A stretch of DNA of 64,000 nt from an uncultured Solirubrobacterales bacterium. GTDB lineage: Bacteria; Actinomycetota; Thermoleophilia; Solirubrobacterales; Solirubrobacteraceae. Below the pieces are notes generated by a model that ran no database searches, was not told where the DNA came from, and worked only from the letters and a program-made list of their open reading frames with translations. Shown in pieces: positions 38,130 to 47,476 of this stretch. The position numbers and the translations under genes are program-made. Positions within the stretch are counted from its first letter, which is position 1. Every line of letters begins with the position of its first letter. The DNA is taken from assembly GCA_963746695.1 (NCBI GenBank), contig CAVVCP010000023.1, positions 37,413 through 101,412 of the forward strand. Direction: 5' to 3'.

Positions 38130-38615
38130 ATGACCGCGCGAAGACTAGGCGTCCCGACAGCGCTTATCTGCGCGCTGCTAATGGTTGTGATGCTCGGCGG
38201 CTGCGGCTCGAGCCAGTCGGATCGGACGCCGACGGTCAGCGATCTGCCGCTGGTTCCGGGCGCCAAGATCGCAACCCAGGTCCGGACCTGCGACCAGGGC
38301 GCGCGGGCGTTCTGCACGATCCAGCTCGTCGTGCTCGACCACGGCTACCAATCCTCCGACGTGCTCGCGCTCGACGAAAGCCATAAGCTCCGCAAGTCCG
38401 GGTGGTCGCTGGCCGACGGCGACACCGGCGAGGAGACCGCCGCCAACTCGCCGGGCCACAAGCTGCGGCTCACATTCTCGACCGCGATCGGCGACCTCCG
38501 GCAGATCGACCTCGGCCAGATCAACCGGGCCCGCCCGATCACTCTCGCGCTGTCGAGCTCGATCTTCGACCGGACGCCGGCGATGTCGATGATGCTCGAG
38601 GTCGGGGCTTCGTAG
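38130..38615 (+). CDS. Putative lipoprotein
   Basis: Signal peptide with lipobox LMVVMLGGC. Confidence 0.65.
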   Translation: MTARRLGVPTALICALLMVVMLGGCGSSQSDRTPTVSDLPLVPGAKIATQVRTCDQGARAFCTIQLVVLDHGYQSSDVLALDESHKLRKSGWSLADGDTGEETAANSPGHKLRLTFSTAIGDLRQIDLGQINRARPITLALSSSIFDRTPAMSMMLEVGAS

Positions 38616-38618
38616 CGC

Positions 38619-39824
38619 TCAGGCGTCGGCGAGCACGAGACGGCGGTCGGGGCCGACCGAGATCGCCTTGCGCCCCGCCAGCAGGTCGCGCAAATCGGCG
38701 CCGACGAGCTCCGAGCGCCACCCCTCGAGCGTCCGCACGTCGGGCTCGGACTCGCGCCGGCGCGAGGCGGCGACGATCAGCTCGAGCTCGTTGCGTGAAG
38801 CGATCAGCTCATAGGCGAGGCCGGCCTCGAGCGAGCGCGCCCGCAGCAGCGCCTCGGCGAGCACGATCAGCGGCGCGTCCTCGGGCTCCGAGCGGCCGCG
38901 AGGCTCGTCGCGGGGGATCGGCTCCGCCTCCATGCCGGCGGCGATCGCCTCGAGCATCGCGGCGCCGCGCCGGCGGATCCCCGACGGGTGAATGCCGCGG
39001 ATCTGCTCGAGCGCGCCGACGTTCGACGGGTGGCGCTTGGCGAGCTCCACGAGGGCCGGATCGCCGAGCACCGAGCCGACCGGCCGGTCCTCCTCGGACG
39101 CGGTCTTCTCACGCCACGCCGCGAGCTCGCGCGCGACCGCGCGGGCGCGCGGGTCGAGCTGCCCGACGCGCGGCAGTCGCTCCCAGGCCGAGTACGGGTC
39201 GCGCTCGTCGCTGGCCGACTCGAGCCGGCGGCACTCCTCGCGCGCCCAGCCGAGCCGGCCGGTCTGGGTGAGGCGGCGCTGAACCTCATCCGCGAGCTCG
39301 AGCAGGTGCGCGACGTCCTCGGCGGCGTAGCTCAGCTGCTCGGCGGTCAGCGGCCGGGCATCCCATCGCGTGTAGCTCGCGGTCTTGCCGACCCGCCGGC
39401 CGAGCATCGTCCCGAGCAGGTTGCCGTACCCGGTCTGCGCGCTCGCGCCCGCGAATCCGGCCGCGAGCTGGGTGTCGAAGATGTTCGTGACCTCGGTTCC
39501 CCACGCCCGGCGGAGGATCGCGACGTCCTGGCGGCCGGCGTGGAGCACTACCTCGACCTCCGGGTCGGCGAGCAGCTGCGCGATCGGCGTCGCGTCGACC
39601 CCGCCTTCGAGGGGATCGATCAGCGAGATGCGCGGGCCCTCGCCACCGTTGTCGTCGACGGCGATCTGCACCAGGCACAGCAGCGCCCGGTAGCGGCCCT
39701 CGGACATGAACTCGGTGTCGATCCCGATCCGCCCGCTGGCGCGCGCGACGGCCGCCGCCGACGCCACCTCCTCCGAGTTCGCTATCGGCGCGGAGGTTTC
39801 GCGGATCGTCTGCATGCCCATCAA
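38619..39824 (-). CDS. rnd: Ribonuclease D (DEDD 3'-5' exonuclease + HRDC)
   Basis: IGIDTEF, HAGRQDVAIL, YAAEDVAHLL exonuclease motifs and a C-terminal HRDC-like region. Confidence 0.85.
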   Translation of the reverse strand: MMGMQTIRETSAPIANSEEVASAAAVARASGRIGIDTEFMSEGRYRALLCLVQIAVDDNGGEGPRISLIDPLEGGVDATPIAQLLADPEVEVVLHAGRQDVAILRRAWGTEVTNIFDTQLAAGFAGASAQTGYGNLLGTMLGRRVGKTASYTRWDARPLTAEQLSYAAEDVAHLLELADEVQRRLTQTGRLGWAREECRRLESASDERDPYSAWERLPRVGQLDPRARAVARELAAWREKTASEEDRPVGSVLGDPALVELAKRHPSNVGALEQIRGIHPSGIRRRGAAMLEAIAAGMEAEPIPRDEPRGRSEPEDAPLIVLAEALLRARSLEAGLAYELIASRNELELIVAASRRRESEPDVRTLEGWRSELVGADLRDLLAGRKAISVGPDRRLVLADA

Positions 39825-39930
39825 CGGAGACTACCGAGGCACGCGTGCGCGAGATTCGGTCCGGACGGGCCCGCGTGGCCCCACGGACGCCAAGCGAAGC
39901 GCGGCCCCAATCCGACCTCCCTGGTAGGAT

Positions 39931-40431
39931 ATGGACCCGATGATCTTCTCGTCGAAGGCCGAGTACGGCGTGCGCCTGATGGTTGAGCTCGGGCGCCAGT
40001 CCCCGGAGCAGCCCACCTCGCTGAAGGCGATCGCCGACGCGGAGGGACTGCCGCTGGCGTACCTCGAGCAGGTGGTCGCGCGGCTGCGCAAGGCGGGCCT
40101 CGTGATGAGCGCTCGCGGCGCTCACGGCGGCTACTGGCTCGCGCGGCCGGCGGAGGAGATCGCGATGGTGGACGTGGTCCAGGCGCTCGAGGGGGCGATC
40201 GCCCCGATGGAGTGCTTCGTCCACGACCACACCGAGCGCGTGCTGTGCTCACACGAGCCCGACGCCGGCCGCGGCTGCGCCACCAAGCTGCTGTGGACCC
40301 GCGTGCAGGGCGGCATCATCCGCTCGCTGCAGACGACCACGCTCGCCGAGCTCGTCGAGTTCTCTCGGCGCACCGAGCGCATTCCCGTGAACGCGGAGGG
40401 ACTCCGCGTGGCGGCCGCCCCGACCGCCTGA
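39931..40431 (+). CDS. Rrf2 family transcriptional regulator (probable Fe-S-sensing regulator of the downstream suf genes)
   Basis: SSKAEYGVRLMVELG...LPLAYLEQVVARLRKAGLVMSARGAHGGYWLARP, then three Cys (MECF...LCSHE...GCATK). Confidence 0.85.
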   Translation: MDPMIFSSKAEYGVRLMVELGRQSPEQPTSLKAIADAEGLPLAYLEQVVARLRKAGLVMSARGAHGGYWLARPAEEIAMVDVVQALEGAIAPMECFVHDHTERVLCSHEPDAGRGCATKLLWTRVQGGIIRSLQTTTLAELVEFSRRTERIPVNAEGLRVAAAPTA

Positions 40432-40454
40432 AGACTTCGAAACGAAAGTTGGAA

Positions 40455-41219
40455 ATGGCTGATCTAGAGATTCGCAACCTTCACGTCCGCGCCGGGGACA
40501 AGCAGATCCTGCGGGGCCTGGATCTGGCCGTCGGCAAGGGTGAGATCCATGCGCTGATGGGCCCGAACGGCTCGGGCAAGTCGACCCTCGCCAACGCGGT
40601 CATGGGCCATCCGGGGCTCGAGGTGACCGAGGGCCAGATCATCTTCAAGGGTCAGGACATCACCGAGGCCGACCCCGACGAGCGCGCTCGGATGGGTCTG
40701 TTCATGGCCTTCCAGTACCCGGTCGCGGTGCCCGGGGTGACCGTCACCAAGTACCTGCGCACGGTGATGAACGCCCATCGCGACGCAAACGGGGAGGAGC
40801 CGGTCCCGCTGCGCGAGTTCCGCGAGACGGTCGAGGCCGCGATGAAGCTGACCAACATTCCTCGGGACTTCTCGACGCGGTATCTGAACGAGGGGTTCTC
40901 GGGCGGCGAGAAGAAGCGGATGGAGATCCTCCAGCTGGCCTTGCAGAAGCCGCTGATGGCGATCCTGGACGAGACCGACTCCGGGTTGGACATCGACGCG
41001 TTGCGGGTGGTCGCGAACGGGGTGAACGCGGTCGCGGGCCCGGACATGGGCGTGCTGATCATCACCCACTACCAGCGGATCCTGCACCTCGTCCAGCCCA
41101 GCCACGTGCACGTCATGTACCAGGGGCGGATCGTCCGCGAGGGCGGCCCTGAGCTGGTCGACGCGCTCGAGGCCAAGGGCTACGGCTGGATCACCGACGA
41201 CATCGACAAGGCCGCCTGA
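40455..41219 (+). CDS. sufC: Fe-S cluster assembly ATPase SufC
   Basis: LEIRNLHV...ALMGPNGSGKSTL...FSGGEKKR...LDETDSGLDIDAL...ITHYQRIL. Confidence 0.95.
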   Translation: MADLEIRNLHVRAGDKQILRGLDLAVGKGEIHALMGPNGSGKSTLANAVMGHPGLEVTEGQIIFKGQDITEADPDERARMGLFMAFQYPVAVPGVTVTKYLRTVMNAHRDANGEEPVPLREFRETVEAAMKLTNIPRDFSTRYLNEGFSGGEKKRMEILQLALQKPLMAILDETDSGLDIDALRVVANGVNAVAGPDMGVLIITHYQRILHLVQPSHVHVMYQGRIVREGGPELVDALEAKGYGWITDDIDKAA

Positions 41220-42463
41220 TGACGGCCACGGCGTCCACTCCCCTCGCTGAGGTCGCCGCCCAGTTCCCGGTGCTGCGGAACCGGCTGTTCGACGGGCAAC
41301 CGGTCGCGTACCTCGACTCGGCGGCGACGTCGCAGACCCCGGACGCCGTGATCGACGCGATGACGTCGTACTACACGCAGCACCGCGCGTCGATCCATCG
41401 AGGCGTGTACCCGCTCGCGGCCGAGGCCACCGATCTGTATGAGGGCGCCCGCGGCCGGATCGCTTCGTGGCTCGGATCGACTCCGGAGGAGACGATCTTC
41501 ACGGCGAACGCCACCGCCGCGATCAACATGGTCGCGTACACGTGGGGGCGCCAGAACGTCCAGCGCGGCGACCTCGTGGTGCTGACCGAGATGGAGCACC
41601 ACTCGAACATCGTTCCGTGGCAGCTGCTGTGTCAGGACCGCGAGGCCGAGCTCGCGTACGTGCCTGTTTTGTCTGACGGGCTGCTGGACTTGGAGGCTTT
41701 CGATTCGCTGCTGGCGCGAGGGCCTCGGTTGGTTGCCGTCGTGCACGTCTCGAACGTGCTCGGGACCGTGAATCCAGTGGCCGCGATCGCGCAGCGGGCT
41801 CATGCTGCGGGGGCGGTCGTAATGGTGGACGGGACGCAGGCGGTGCCGCAGATGCCGGTATGGCTGCCCGATCTGGACGTCGACTTCTACGCGTGGACCG
41901 GCCACAAGGCGTACGGCCCGACGGGGATCGGGGTCCTGCACGGGCGGCGCGCGCTGCTCGAGGAGATGCCGCCGTTCATCGGTGGCGGTCACATGATCCG
42001 CACTGTCGCCGCGAACGAGTCGACGTGGACGGACCTGCCGTGGAAGTTCGAGGCGGGGACGTCGCAGATCGCCGAGGCGATCGGGCTCGGCGCCGCCGTG
42101 GATTGGATCGGCGCGCTTGGGATCGATTCGATCCGCGCCCATGAGCAGGTTCTTGTGGGATCGGCCCTTGAGCGTCTGGGCTCCGAGGTGCCGGGCTTGA
42201 CGATTCAAGGCCCGGCCTCGGCCGCGGACCGGGGTGCGCTCGTGTCGTTCACCTTGGACGGCGCTCACCCACACGACATCGCGGACATCCTCGGGAGTCA
42301 GGGCGTGTGCGTGCGTGCCGGGCACCATTGCGCGCAACCGCTCATGCGCCGGCTGGGTGTGCACGCGACCACTCGCGCGTCGTTTGCGGTCCACAACTCG
42401 ACGTCCGACATCGATCGGCTGATCGAGGGCCTCGGGCGCGTTCGCAGCACCCTGCAACTCTGA
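41219..42463 (+). CDS. sufS: Cysteine desulfurase SufS (class V aminotransferase)
   Basis: YLDSAATSQ, HHSNIVPWQ, WTGHKAYGPTGIG (PLP lysine), RAGHHCAQP (catalytic Cys). Confidence 0.95.
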   Translation: MTATASTPLAEVAAQFPVLRNRLFDGQPVAYLDSAATSQTPDAVIDAMTSYYTQHRASIHRGVYPLAAEATDLYEGARGRIASWLGSTPEETIFTANATAAINMVAYTWGRQNVQRGDLVVLTEMEHHSNIVPWQLLCQDREAELAYVPVLSDGLLDLEAFDSLLARGPRLVAVVHVSNVLGTVNPVAAIAQRAHAAGAVVMVDGTQAVPQMPVWLPDLDVDFYAWTGHKAYGPTGIGVLHGRRALLEEMPPFIGGGHMIRTVAANESTWTDLPWKFEAGTSQIAEAIGLGAAVDWIGALGIDSIRAHEQVLVGSALERLGSEVPGLTIQGPASAADRGALVSFTLDGAHPHDIADILGSQGVCVRAGHHCAQPLMRRLGVHATTRASFAVHNSTSDIDRLIEGLGRVRSTLQL

Positions 42464-42513
42464 ACCGCGGCGCGGCTACGGCGCGGCGGCCGGCGGTAGG
42501 CTGCGGAGCCGAG

Positions 42514-43561
42514 GTGCCGCCGGTCAACCTCTACAGCGACACGCAGACGCGCCCGACCGAAGGGATGAGGGCGGCGATCGCATCCGCTGTCGTTGGCGAT
42601 GAGCAGAGAGGGCTCGACCCCACGACCTCGGCCTTGGAGGAGCGGGTGGCCTCGTTGTTGGGCTTCGAGGCCGCGGTGTTCCTGCCGAGCGGGACGATGT
42701 GCAACCAGATCGCGTTGCGGCTGCACGCGCGGCCGGGCGGGGATGAACTGCTGCTCGACCGGGCGGCGCACCCGATCACTTCCGAGGCCGGCGGCGCGGC
42801 GCAGGTCTCAGGGCTGATGATCCGCGCGTTGGACGGAGACCGCGGGGTGTTCACCGGCGCGCAGTTGGAGGCGGCTCTGCGGCCGGCTGACAATCGCTAT
42901 ATGGCCGCGATCGCGGGTGGTGTCGGTCGAGCAGACGAGCAACCGCGGCGGCGGCCGGGTGTGGCCGGTTTCGGTGGTCTCCGAGGTTTTGGAGGTCGCG
43001 CGCCGGCATGGGCTGCGGGCGCATATGGACGGCGCGCGTCTGATGAATGCGGTGGTGGCGTCGGGGGTATCGGCGGCTTCGTATGCGAGCGGGTTCGATA
43101 CGGCGTGGCTCGATTTCACGAAGGGGTTGGGCGCGCCCGTGGGCGCGGTCCTGGCCGGCTCGCGGTCGCTGATCGATGAGGCGTGGCGGTGGAAGCAGAT
43201 GCTCGGCGGAGCGTTCCGGCAGTCGGGGATCGTCGCCGCCGGCTGCCTGTACGCGCTCGACCACCACGTGGATCGGCTGGCCGAGGATCACTCGAACGCC
43301 CAGTTGCTCGCTCGCGGGTTGGCGGCGCTTCCCGGCGTGCGGGGGTTGGACCCAGCGGCGGTCGAGACGAACATCGTCTTCTTCGAGGTCGACGACGCCC
43401 CCGCGCTCGTCCGGCGGGTTGCAGATCGCATCGACATCCAGGCGTCCGGGCCGACTCAGATCCGGGCGGTGACGCACATGGACGTGTCGCGCGCGGACAT
43501 CGAACTCGCGCTGGCCGCATTCGCTTCGGAGCTGGGGTCGGCGGCGCGGGAGCCGGGGTGA
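42514..43561 (+). pseudogene. ltaE: Low-specificity L-threonine aldolase interrupted by a +1 frameshift near 42898-42905
   Basis: Frame 1 reads VNLYSDTQTRPTEGMRAAIA...LRPADNRY. Frame 2 continues PRSRVVSVEQTSNRGGGRVWP...HMDGARLMNA. Four nucleotides (ATGG) sit between the last good codon of frame 1 and the first of frame 2, inside TATATGG. Confidence 0.75.
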
Positions 43562-44277
43562 GCCGGCGCGCCGCGCCGCTCGTGACCGAGGGACTGGGGC
43601 GCTCGTACGGTCAGCTGGACGCGCTCGAGGGACTCAGCCTCACGCTCGAGCCTGGTGAGTGCGTCGCGCTGATCGGCGCCAACGGCAGTGGCAAGTCGAC
43701 CGCGGTCAGGCTGATCACCGGGCTGCTCACGCCGAGCCGCGGAACCGTGCGGATCTGCGGGTGGGACCCTTACGCTGAGCCCGAGGCCGAGGGCGCCCGG
43801 GCCGCCGTGGCCGTGGTTCCCGACATGCCTTTGCTGTACGAGGACTTGTCGGTGCATCAGCATCTCGAGCTGGTGGCGATGGCGCACGGCGTCGACGACA
43901 GCGCGGTCGATGCGCGGATAGACGGGCTGCTGGACCGCTTGGATTTGGCCGCGCGCGCTACGTACCTCCCGCGCGCGCTCTCGCGCGGGATGCGACAGAA
44001 GACGCAGCTCGCTTGCGCGCTGATCCGGCCGGCGGCGCTGCTCGTGCTCGACGAGCCGGTCGTCGGCCTCGATCCGCCGTCGCAGGTGCTCCTGCGCGAC
44101 TTGCTGGTGGCGGCGAAGGTCGAGGGGGTGGCGGTCCTGATGACCACCCATCAGCTCCGCTTCGCGGACGGGGTCGCCGACCGGGGCGTGGTGCTCGAGG
44201 AGGGTCGCGTCGCCGACGAGGGACCGTGGCCGGAGCTCTACGCGCGCTCGGCCGCGCGCGGGTGGCAGTCGTATTGA
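43558..44277 (+). CDS. ABC transporter ATP-binding protein
   Basis: GANGSGKST (Walker A), LSRGMRQK (signature), LLVLDEP (Walker B). GTGA overlap with the aldolase stop. Confidence 0.9.
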   Translation: MSRRAAPLVTEGLGRSYGQLDALEGLSLTLEPGECVALIGANGSGKSTAVRLITGLLTPSRGTVRICGWDPYAEPEAEGARAAVAVVPDMPLLYEDLSVHQHLELVAMAHGVDDSAVDARIDGLLDRLDLAARATYLPRALSRGMRQKTQLACALIRPAALLVLDEPVVGLDPPSQVLLRDLLVAAKVEGVAVLMTTHQLRFADGVADRGVVLEEGRVADEGPWPELYARSAARGWQSY

Positions 44278-45944
44278 GCTCGGTCGTGGCGGCGTCCGCC
44301 TCGCCCCGCGGGCCCGATGTCTCGGCGATCCAGCGGTGGCTCGCGGCCGCGCATCGCTCGCCTTCGCTGCGGCAGCGGCTGTCGACGATCTACACGGCGG
44401 TGCTGGTGCTCGCGATCGGTGGCGTGGTCGTGTACGGCACGGCCAGCTCGGCGCTGGCGCAGGTCGTGAGCGCGGACGCGGTCGCGCGGTGGGGTCCGTC
44501 GCTGATGCTGCTCGCGCTGCTCGGCGCGGCCCACTGGGGGACCGTGCAGGGTCCGGTCGTGTTCTCGATGGCCGATGTCGCGCACCTGCTGGGGGCGCCG
44601 TTGCCGCGGGCACCGCTGGTGGCGCGGCCCTTGCGACGCGCGTTCGCTTTCGGCTTTTCCGGTGGCGTTCTGATCGCGGTCGTGCTGCTGGTCGGCCTGA
44701 CCGGGGATCATCGTCACGTCGCGGTGGCGCGGATGGTGGGCGTCGCGGGTGGGCTCGGGCTGTCGGGCGTGATCGCGGTGGCGCTCGCGTGGATGGTGTC
44801 GAGCTCTGCGCGCTTCGAGTCCGTGCTGCGCCGCCTTTCGTGGCCCGTGGTGGCTCTTGCCGGCGGGCTGGCGATCGTGGCGGGAGTGGGCGGGAGCGTC
44901 GGGCGGACGGTGGCGCTGTGGTCGGGGCCGTGGGGGTGGGCGGTCCAGGCCGGCGCGGGTGTCTCGTCTGGGGTGGAGTGGGTTGTCGCGTTGGCCGGGC
45001 TTGCGGTTTTCGCAGTTGTGGCCGTGGCGTTTGCGTGGAGGCGGCGGGGCTTGGGCGAGTCGGAGCGGTTCGCGCGGCGGGCCGAAGGGCGGACACAGCT
45101 ACAGGCCTCGCTGATGTCGTTCGACGCGCGGACCAGCCGGCGGGCGTTGGCTTCGGTCGCGCTGCGCGCGGGTGTGAGCGGTCGCGGCGGCGGTCTGCGG
45201 CGGTTGCGCCGGCGGCTGTCTTCGGTGGATGTGCGGTGGCTCGGAGGGCGCCGCGCGGGGGAGTTGGCTGTCGTGTGGCGCGATGCCCTCGTGTTGACTG
45301 AGCTCCCGCAGCGGGTCGTGCAGTCCGCCGCGCTGGCGGCGGGGGGCGCGGCGTTCGTGCTCGTGGATGTGGGGCGGTCTGCGGGCGTGATCGTGGGTGC
45401 CGTGCTGATCTACGCGGGCGCAGCGCGGCTACTCGAGCCGATGCGGATCGAGCTCGACGCCCCCAGCCGGGGCTCGGTGTTCCTCGGCATCCGGACCGGG
45501 CGGGCGCTGATGGCTCACATGCTCGTTCCTTCCGTGGTCGTTTGCTTTTGCGTGGCGGTGTGCGCGGTCGGGCTCGCCCTGGCCGACGTGGTTGCGGGCG
45601 GCGGAGTGCTTGCCAGGGGTGAGCCGGCGGCCGCGCTCGCGCTCGTTTGCGTAAGTCCGGCGGTGGTCTGCTGCGCCGGCATGTCCGCGCGCCGGCGCGG
45701 CCAGCTACCGCAGGAGCTGCTGGCGACAGCGATCGTGAGCGACCCCTCGGGCGGTGGGCTCGTGCTCCTCGGCTGGCTGTTGCTGTGGCCGGCGGTGGCG
45801 GCGGCGGTCGTTTTTGTGCCGATCAAGGCCGTGGCTTTGGGTGTGCGTCCGGGGGCGGTTGCCGCGGTCGTGGCGGTGGCGGTGGCCGCAATGGTGGTGG
45901 CGGTGGCGATGCTGGCGCAGCGCCGCGATCCGGCTGAGGACTAG
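44262..45944 (+). CDS. Unknown polytopic membrane protein coupled to the ABC ATPase (no recognisable permease family)
   Basis: GTG 44262 or TTG 44274 overlaps the ATPase stop. About 10-12 hydrophobic segments separated by Arg-rich loops. Confidence 0.6.
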   Translation: MAVVLSSVVAASASPRGPDVSAIQRWLAAAHRSPSLRQRLSTIYTAVLVLAIGGVVVYGTASSALAQVVSADAVARWGPSLMLLALLGAAHWGTVQGPVVFSMADVAHLLGAPLPRAPLVARPLRRAFAFGFSGGVLIAVVLLVGLTGDHRHVAVARMVGVAGGLGLSGVIAVALAWMVSSSARFESVLRRLSWPVVALAGGLAIVAGVGGSVGRTVALWSGPWGWAVQAGAGVSSGVEWVVALAGLAVFAVVAVAFAWRRRGLGESERFARRAEGRTQLQASLMSFDARTSRRALASVALRAGVSGRGGGLRRLRRRLSSVDVRWLGGRRAGELAVVWRDALVLTELPQRVVQSAALAAGGAAFVLVDVGRSAGVIVGAVLIYAGAARLLEPMRIELDAPSRGSVFLGIRTGRALMAHMLVPSVVVCFCVAVCAVGLALADVVAGGGVLARGEPAAALALVCVSPAVVCCAGMSARRRGQLPQELLATAIVSDPSGGGLVLLGWLLLWPAVAAAVVFVPIKAVALGVRPGAVAAVVAVAVAAMVVAVAMLAQRRDPAED

Positions 45945-45971
45945 CGCGCGGGCCTGCGTGTCCCCGTGGGT

Positions 45972-45998
45972 TTGCGTTCCCGCGGGAACGCAACTTTT
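45972..45998 (+). terminator. Intrinsic terminator after the ABC-associated membrane gene
   Basis: Perfect 22-nt palindrome TTGCGTTCCCGCGGGAACGCAA (45972-45993) followed by CTTTT. Confidence 0.65.
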
Positions 45999-46099
45999 GG
46001 GTTGCAGGTTGTGTGCGGCTGCTCGTTCGCCTTCGGGGCCGGACCGGCACGTTCCGCCCGCAAACGCGGCCTTTTCCGTCCGACCGGGGGCGTAGTCTA

Positions 46100-46114
46100 T
46101 CGAACATGTGTTCG
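46100..46114. promoter_or_regulatory. LexA (SOS) box TCGAACATGTGTTCG overlapping the HNH gene start codon
   Basis: Third exact copy of CGAACATGTGTTCG. The central ATG (46106) is the in-frame start of the DUF222-HNH gene. Confidence 0.75.
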
Positions 46115-47446
46115 GGTAGATCAAATAGGCGGGACAACGAACCGTCGCCGGGGCCGGGGCCGGGGCCGGGGCCGGCGTCGCTCGAGACGCTCGAGCGGGA
46201 GATCTGCGAGCTGGCTGCGCACATCGCGGTGGCGACGTGCCGGTGGCTCGGGCTGGTGGCCGAATTCGACGACCGGCGCGGCTGGGCCGAGTGGGGCGTG
46301 AAATCGTGCGCGCACTGGCTTTCGTGGCGATGTTCGGTCGCGCTGGGAGCGGCCCGCGAGCGGGTCCGGGTCGCGCATCGGCTGCAGGAACTGCCGCTGG
46401 TGCGGGAGGCGTTCTCGCGAGGGGAGCTGTCGTACTGCAAAGTTCGCGCGCTCACGCGGGCGGCGACGCCGGCGACCGAGGCCGGGCTCCTCGAGATCGC
46501 GCGACACGCGACCGGGGCGCAGCTCGAGAAGCTGATCCGGTGCTACTCGAGCGCGCTGTCGGCGACGCTCGGCGCCGCCCAACGGGCGCAGGAGCTCCGG
46601 TACCTCAGATGGAGCTGGAACGACGACGGTTCGGTGCATCTCGAGGGCCGGCTTCCAGCGGATGACGGCGGGCTCGTGATCAACGCGTTGCAGGCCGTGC
46701 AGGCCGAGCCCGGAGAGCACGAGGCATCGTTGCCCTCCCCGGTCGCGGCGTGTCGCGCAGATGCGCTGGTGGCGCTGGCGAGGACGGCGATGGCCGCTAA
46801 CGCGGATGGTGCCGGTGGCGGCGGTGGCGGGAGGCCGGATCCGTGCGAGCTCGTGGTCCACGTCGACGCCGCGACGCTCGCGGCCGACGAGGTGGTCGAG
46901 CGGGCGGAGCTGGCGGATGGCCCGGCGGTGGCTCCCGAGACTGTGCGCCGGCTGGGGTGTGATGCGGCAGTCGTCCGGATCATCGAGCGCGACGGGGAGC
47001 CGCTTTCGGTCGGCCGGCGAACGCGGACGATCCCGCCGGCGCTGCGGCGGGCGCTGCGAAGCCGGGACGGCGCGTGCCGGTTCCCCGGGTGTACTCACGA
47101 GCGGTTCCTGCACGCGCACCACATCCAGCACTGGGCGCGGGGCGGTGCGACGGCACTGGAGAACCTGGTCCAGCTGTGCTCGTACCACCATCGGCTGGTG
47201 CACGAGGGCGGGTTCCGGGTCGAGCGAGAGGGTCGTGGCGGGGTGCGGTTCCGGCGGCCGGACGGGCGGGCGGTGCCGGCAGCGCCGGGAAGCAGGCCGG
47301 CGCGAGGAGCGGCGCTGGGCGAGCAGCACCGGGCGCGGGGGATCGCGGTGGATGCGAACACGTGCCGGCCGCTATCCGCCGGTGATCGACTGGATTACGG
47401 ACTGGCGCTCGATGCGCTGTTGCCGCGGGCGCTCGCTGGGGGGTGA
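46106..47446 (+). CDS. DUF222 domain-containing HNH endonuclease (actinobacterial 13E12-repeat-like family)
   Basis: LEREICELAAHIAVATCRWLGLVAEFDDRRGW...SCAHWLSWRCS (DUF222). C-terminal RDGACRFPGCTH...HAHHIQHWARGG.T.LENLVQLCSYHHRLVHEGG (HNH). Confidence 0.85.
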   Translation: MCSGRSNRRDNEPSPGPGPGPGPASLETLEREICELAAHIAVATCRWLGLVAEFDDRRGWAEWGVKSCAHWLSWRCSVALGAARERVRVAHRLQELPLVREAFSRGELSYCKVRALTRAATPATEAGLLEIARHATGAQLEKLIRCYSSALSATLGAAQRAQELRYLRWSWNDDGSVHLEGRLPADDGGLVINALQAVQAEPGEHEASLPSPVAACRADALVALARTAMAANADGAGGGGGGRPDPCELVVHVDAATLAADEVVERAELADGPAVAPETVRRLGCDAAVVRIIERDGEPLSVGRRTRTIPPALRRALRSRDGACRFPGCTHERFLHAHHIQHWARGGATALENLVQLCSYHHRLVHEGGFRVEREGRGGVRFRRPDGRAVPAAPGSRPARGAALGEQHRARGIAVDANTCRPLSAGDRLDYGLALDALLPRALAGG

Positions 47447-47476
47447 TCGGGACCTCGCCCGCTACGCTAGTCAGAG

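Noticed and set aside
46013-46105. Upstream extension of the HNH ORF (start at 46013).
   Set aside because: It would place the terminator-proximal region and the LexA box inside the coding sequence. The text (MRLLVRLRGRTGTFRPQ...) is not family-like. ATG 46106 inside the box fits better.
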